In this document: positions 28,262 to 32,000 of the stretch, piece by piece
Position numbering within the stretch: position 1 is the first letter of the stretch
Layout of the letters: each line of letters starts with the position of its first letter
From: Mycolicibacterium smegmatis
GTDB taxonomy: Bacteria; Actinomycetota; Actinomycetes; Mycobacteriales; Mycobacteriaceae
Reading direction: 5' to 3'
Assembly: GCF_001457595.1 (NCBI RefSeq)
Contig: NZ_LN831039.1
Span: 180,001 to 212,000 of the forward strand
Length of the DNA stretch: 32,000 bases
Translations under genes and position numbers: made by a program
Notes under the pieces: model-generated
What the model was told of the DNA's origin: nothing
What the model saw: the letters and a program-made list of their open reading frames with translations, nothing else
The model's database searches: none

Positions 28262-28274
28262 GCATACGGTATGC
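28262..28274. promoter_or_regulatory. Palindrome GCATA-CGG-TATGC (site C)
   Basis: The minus-strand reading gaTTGCATACCGTATGCg contains the same 15-mer, TTGCATACCGTATGC, as site B. It lies about 85 nt upstream of the frc2 ATG. An extra ATTGCAT half-site follows at 28284-28290, then an 8-1-8 palindrome ATCGGGGT-T-ACCCCGAT at 28289-28305. Confidence 0.5.
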
Positions 28275-28358
28275 AATCGGGGGATTGCATCGGGGTTACC
28301 CCGATCTGAAGGCGTAGTGCCTGGCCCCGAGCACTTTTTGGCGAGTAGAGGGATGGAC

Positions 28359-29639
28359 ATGGCCGAGACCCGACCTGTGAACGATGACCCCGCAGTGCCG
28401 AAAAACGTCGGTGGGAAGGCGTTGTCCGGCGTCCGCGTACTGGACATGACGCATGTGCAATCCGGACCGTCGGCAACGCAGCTGCTGGCGTGGCTGGGCG
28501 CCGACGTCATCAAACTCGAGGCACCCAAGACCGGGGACATCACCCGCAACCAGCTGCGTGACGTGCCGGGCGTCGACAGCCTGTACTTCACGATGCTCAA
28601 CTGCAACAAGCGCAGCATCACGGTCAACATGAAAAGTGACGCCGGCAAGCAGATCTTCACCGACCTGGTGTCCCGCGTGGACATCCTGGTGGAGAACTTC
28701 GGGCCGGGCGTCGTCGACCGCTTCGGTTTCCCGTGGGAACGGCTGCAGGAGATCAATCCGAGGCTGATCTACGCCTCGATCAAGGGCTTCGGTCCCGGTA
28801 AATACGCCAACTTCAAGGCGTACGAGGTCATCGCACAGGCCATGGGCGGTTCGATGGCCACCACGGGCTTCGAACACGCTCCGCCCACGGTCACCGGAGC
28901 GCAGATCGGTGATTCCGGGACCGGCATCCACCTGGTCGCGGGAGTTCTCGCCGCGCTGTACCAACGCGTCAGCACCGGTCGCGGACAACGCGTCGAGGTC
29001 GCGATGCAGGAGGCCGTGCTCAATCTCTGCCGCGTGAAACTGCGTGATCAGCAACGGCTCACGCACGGTCCGTTGGCCGAATACCCCAACGACAACTTCA
29101 CCGACGAGGTGCCGCGCGCCGGCAACGCCTCCGGCGGCGGGCAGCCCGGATGGGCGGTGCGGACCAAGGGCGGCGGGCCCAACGACTACATCTACATCAT
29201 CGTCCAACCGCAGGTCTGGGCTCCGCTGGCCGAGCTGATCGGCCATCCCGAGCTCGCCGACCACCCGGACTGGGCGCGTCCTGAAAATCGGCTGAACAAG
29301 CTGGACAAGATGTTCGCGCTGATCGAGGACTGGTCGGAGCGGCTCTCCAAGTGGGAGGCGCTTGAGGCGCTCAACGCGTTGAACGTCCCCTGCGGACCAG
29401 TGCTCGGCACCAAGGAACTCATCGAGGATGAGACGTTGGCCGAACTCGGCGCGGTCGTCGAGGTCGAACACCCGCAGCGGGGCTCGTTCAAGACCGTCGG
29501 GTCGCCGCTGCGTCTGTCGGATTCCCCGGTGGAGATCGTCCGCTCGCCGCTGCTCGGCGAACACACCGACGCGATCTGCGCCGAACTGGGCTACACGCCA
29601 GAACAACTCGAACTCTTCCGGGTCTCCGGAGCCATCTGA
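28359..29639 (+). CDS. Formyl-CoA transferase paralog (family III CoA-transferase, Frc-like)
   Basis: [50 protein letters not shown] (catalytic Asp context), [25 protein letters not shown] (glycine loop) and SPLLGEHTD. The ATG at 28359 is preferred because AGAGGG lies 6 nt upstream; 28353 and 28317 are alternatives. Confidence 0.85.
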   Translation: MAETRPVNDDPAVPKNVGGKALSGVRVLDMTHVQSGPSATQLLAWLGADVIKLEAPKTGDITRNQLRDVPGVDSLYFTMLNCNKRSITVNMKSDAGKQIFTDLVSRVDILVENFGPGVVDRFGFPWERLQEINPRLIYASIKGFGPGKYANFKAYEVIAQAMGGSMATTGFEHAPPTVTGAQIGDSGTGIHLVAGVLAALYQRVSTGRGQRVEVAMQEAVLNLCRVKLRDQQRLTHGPLAEYPNDNFTDEVPRAGNASGGGQPGWAVRTKGGGPNDYIYIIVQPQVWAPLAELIGHPELADHPDWARPENRLNKLDKMFALIEDWSERLSKWEALEALNALNVPCGPVLGTKELIEDETLAELGAVVEVEHPQRGSFKTVGSPLRLSDSPVEIVRSPLLGEHTDAICAELGYTPEQLELFRVSGAI

Positions 29640-29852
29640 AAGAACGGGTCAGCAGCCCACGAGCGAAAGGCAGTGCGTATCGAGTCAAGCTGTTAGGCAC
29701 TACCGCAAGTGCATTGAGACGACGACGATCATCGGCACGCTGTGCGTGCCGCGATTACGGCAAGCGCTCGACATCAGGCACGGTGACCACCACCTTGCGT
29801 GAATGGGGCAATCGAGCGCCGGCCGCGATCATCGCAAGAAAGAGAATGAACG

Positions 29853-31235
29853 ATGTCTTCAGCGCTCGCAAATTACCGCGAGATAACTGACGCGAACAAC
29901 CGCGTCTACCGCATCGGAGAATCCGATCGCGAAATCCTGGGCCGTTCACGGTCCTGGATGGTCTGGCTGCCGTGGCTCGCCATGATGGCCGTGAGTGTTT
30001 ACGAATACGGCTATGGCGCCGCCGAAGAGGCCATCCGGGACGCACACGGGTGGAGCATGTCGGAGACGTTCTGGCTGCTGGCCATCTGGGCGCTGTTCCA
30101 GGCCGGCATCGCCTTCCCCGCAGGCAAACTGCGTGAGAAGGGCATCGTGTCGGCTCGTGCCGCGATGCTCATCGGCGCGGCCCTGTCCGCACTCGGGTTC
30201 GTCACCCTCACCCAGGGGAACCTGTTCGTCGCGTACCTCGGCTTCGCGGTGTGCGGCGGTATCGGGGCAGGCCTGGTGTACGCGACGTGTATCAACATGG
30301 TCGGCAAGTGGTTCCCCGAACGACGCGGCGGCAAGACCGGTTTCGTCAACGGCGGATTTGCTTACGGCGCAGTACCGTTCATTTTCATCTTCAGCTACGC
30401 GCTGCACCCGAGCACCTACGTGTGGGTGCTCGACCTCGTCGGTGCGTACATGCTGGTGGTCCTCGTCATCTGCGGCCTGATGTTCCGCGACCCGCCGAAG
30501 AACTGGTGGCCGGAGTCGGTCGACCCGCTGCAGTGGGCCAACAGCAAGGCCGGTGCCAAGGGGCTGGCCAAGAACCCGCCTGCCGTCAAGCAGTTCACGC
30601 CGATGGAGGCCATCAAGACCGGCATGTTGCCGCTCATGTGGCTGTCGTTGGGCATCAGCGCAGGTGTGTCTCTCTTCGGCAGCAGCTACATGGTGCCGTT
30701 CGCCAAGGAACTCGGCTTCGGGCCGCTGATCGCGGCATCGTCGGCGGGCGTGCTGTCGATCATCAACGGCACCGGACGCGGCGCGACCGGATGGGTGTCG
30801 GACCGGCTCGGCCGCAAGCTGACGCTGATCCTGGTGCTGCTGGTGTCGGCCGTGGCGCTCGTGGGCCTGCTCTACGCGGGTCAGGCGCACAACGAGGTCC
30901 TGTTCCTGTTCTTCGCCTTCCTGGTGGGCTTCGGTGGCGGCGCGTTCTACCCGATGTTCGCGGCGCTGACCCCGGACTACTTCGGTGAGAACAACAACGC
31001 CAGTAACTACGGCCTGGTCTACAGCTCCAAGCTGCTGGGCTCGGTCGTCGGTATCGGTGTGGGCGCCAGCGTGATCGACACCTGGGGGTACGCCGGTGCG
31101 TACTGGATCGCCGCGGCCAGCGCCCTGGTGTCCGCCGCCATCGCTGTGTTCCTGCGCCAGCCAGGTCGCCGCAGCGGGGCAGCGGTTGCCCCGAGTTCGA
31201 CGAAGACGTCCACGTTGGCGTCGGCGTCGGACTGA
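29853..31235 (+). CDS. MFS transporter, oxalate/formate antiporter (OFA)-like, paralog 3
   Basis: 460 aa. It contains YRIGESDREILGRSRSWMVWLPW, GKWFPERRGGKTGFVNGGFAYGAVPFIFIF and DYFGENNNASNYGLVYSSKL. Confidence 0.88.
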   Translation: MSSALANYREITDANNRVYRIGESDREILGRSRSWMVWLPWLAMMAVSVYEYGYGAAEEAIRDAHGWSMSETFWLLAIWALFQAGIAFPAGKLREKGIVSARAAMLIGAALSALGFVTLTQGNLFVAYLGFAVCGGIGAGLVYATCINMVGKWFPERRGGKTGFVNGGFAYGAVPFIFIFSYALHPSTYVWVLDLVGAYMLVVLVICGLMFRDPPKNWWPESVDPLQWANSKAGAKGLAKNPPAVKQFTPMEAIKTGMLPLMWLSLGISAGVSLFGSSYMVPFAKELGFGPLIAASSAGVLSIINGTGRGATGWVSDRLGRKLTLILVLLVSAVALVGLLYAGQAHNEVLFLFFAFLVGFGGGAFYPMFAALTPDYFGENNNASNYGLVYSSKLLGSVVGIGVGASVIDTWGYAGAYWIAAASALVSAAIAVFLRQPGRRSGAAVAPSSTKTSTLASASD

Positions 31236-31244
31236 CCGAACAAC

Positions 31245-31281
31245 CGGCCGAGGGGGTCATGGAGGGGGATCCCCTCGGCCG
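31245..31281 (+). terminator. Stem-loop after MFS paralog 3
   Basis: CGGCCGAGGGG (31245-31255) pairs with CCCCTCGGCCG (31271-31281), an 11-bp perfect stem with a 15-nt loop. There is no U-tract. A nested 10-bp palindrome GGGGATCCCC lies at 31265-31274. Confidence 0.4.
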
Positions 31282-31334
31282 TGTCCACACGAATACGTAC
31301 ATCGAGATCGGAGAGAACCCGCGCCGTGACCACA

Positions 31335-32000
31335 ATGCTGATCCACCACGAGATCTTCGCCGCCCACCGCACCGCGGCCGGGCACCCGGAACGTCCGGAC
31401 CGCTATCGAGCGGTGGAAATGGCCTTGGCGCAGAGCCGGTTCGACGATCTGCTGCGGGTCGAGGCCGAACTCGCCGAACTCGACGTCACGCGGTACGTCC
31501 ACAGCAACGCCTACGTCGACGCGCTCGAGGCTGCGCGACCGACCGACGGCTTCGTCTACCTCGACGGCGGCGACACCATGATGGAGCCCTCGACGTGGGA
31601 GGTCGTGCTACGCGGTGTCGGCGGCACACTGCAGGCCGTCGACAGTGTGCTCGACGGTACGGCGCAGAACGCCTTCGTCGCGTGCCGCCCGCCGGGGCAC
31701 CACGCGGAAACCGAGCGCGCGATGGGCTTCTGCCTGTTCAACAACATCAGCATCGGGGCGCGTCACGCGCAGCTCAAGCACGGATTGTCGCGCGTCGCGA
31801 TCGTCGACTTCGACGTGCACCACGGCAACGGAACCCAGGAGATCTTCTACTCCGACGGCAGTGTGGTGTACGCCTCGACCCATCAGATGCCGCTGTTCCC
31901 CGGCACCGGTGCAACCGATGAGACGGGCGTCGGCAACATTTTCAACGCACCGCTGCGCGCGGGCGACGGCGGTGACGAACTGCGGGAGGCGTTCCGGGAC
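31335..32000 (+). CDS. Histone deacetylase family protein (AcuC / acetylpolyamine amidohydrolase-like), 3' end outside window
   Basis: Not in the ORF track because no stop is reached. My translation from the ATG at 31335 is open to the window end and contains HPERPDR, RPPGHHA, GFCLFNN and DFDVHHGNGTQ, the class I/II HDAC catalytic motifs. Confidence 0.85.
   Translation, partial: MLIHHEIFAAHRTAAGHPERPDRYRAVEMALAQSRFDDLLRVEAELAELDVTRYVHSNAYVDALEAARPTDGFVYLDGGDTMMEPSTWEVVLRGVGGTLQAVDSVLDGTAQNAFVACRPPGHHAETERAMGFCLFNNISIGARHAQLKHGLSRVAIVDFDVHHGNGTQEIFYSDGSVVYASTHQMPLFPGTGATDETGVGNIFNAPLRAGDGGDELREAFRD

Noticed and set aside
27816-28317. Small ORFs in the long intergenic region (27816..28067 +, 83 aa; 28135..28317 +, 60 aa; 28048..28476 -, 142 aa).
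   Set aside because: They have no convincing SD and odd composition (Cys/Arg-rich). They also overlap the operator-like palindromes. They may still deserve a Ribo-seq check.

Overview
High-GC actinobacterial chromosome, mycobacterial in character: a Mce-associated protein at the left edge, a DUF222/HNH REP13E12-like gene and a split pntAa/pntAb/pntB. A Mycolicibacterium smegmatis-like organism is my inference, not a search result. I call 28 protein genes and no rRNA, tRNA, CRISPR array or clear transposon.

The left third holds housekeeping and accessory genes: DUF1275, DUF222-HNH, a TetR / sterol-desaturase-family / MOSC operon, and pntAa-pntAb-pntB followed by a degenerate ThiC-like ORF.

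From about 10.2 kb to 31.2 kb the window is dominated by what reads as an oxalate/formate (C2/C1) utilisation island:
- a PanE-like reductase plus a pyruvate kinase paralog
- a divergent PAS / LysR pair
- oxc-frc, then a Cys-type NAD-linked formate dehydrogenase fdsGBAD, with fdhD separate
- a GntR/FCD regulator
- three paralogous oxalate/formate-antiporter-type MFS transporters
- a second frc paralog

A histone-deacetylase-family gene runs off the right edge.

Most worth a second look:
1. An AT-rich palindrome GCATA-N3-TATGC occurs three times, and a related ATAC-N3-ATAC-AAA box four times. All are in intergenic promoter or leader regions, and they tie pnt/panE-pyk to the oxalate genes as one putative regulon.
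2. A ThiC-derived ORF is translationally coupled to pntB and lacks the C-terminal Fe-S cysteine motif.
3. The PanE-like/Pyk/PntAB grouping is a possible NADPH-dependent oxalyl-CoA reductase assimilation branch.
4. A 541-bp AT-richer intergenic region upstream of frc2 is dense with repeats and palindromes.

All functional calls rest on by-eye motif and family recognition. No searches or computations were run.
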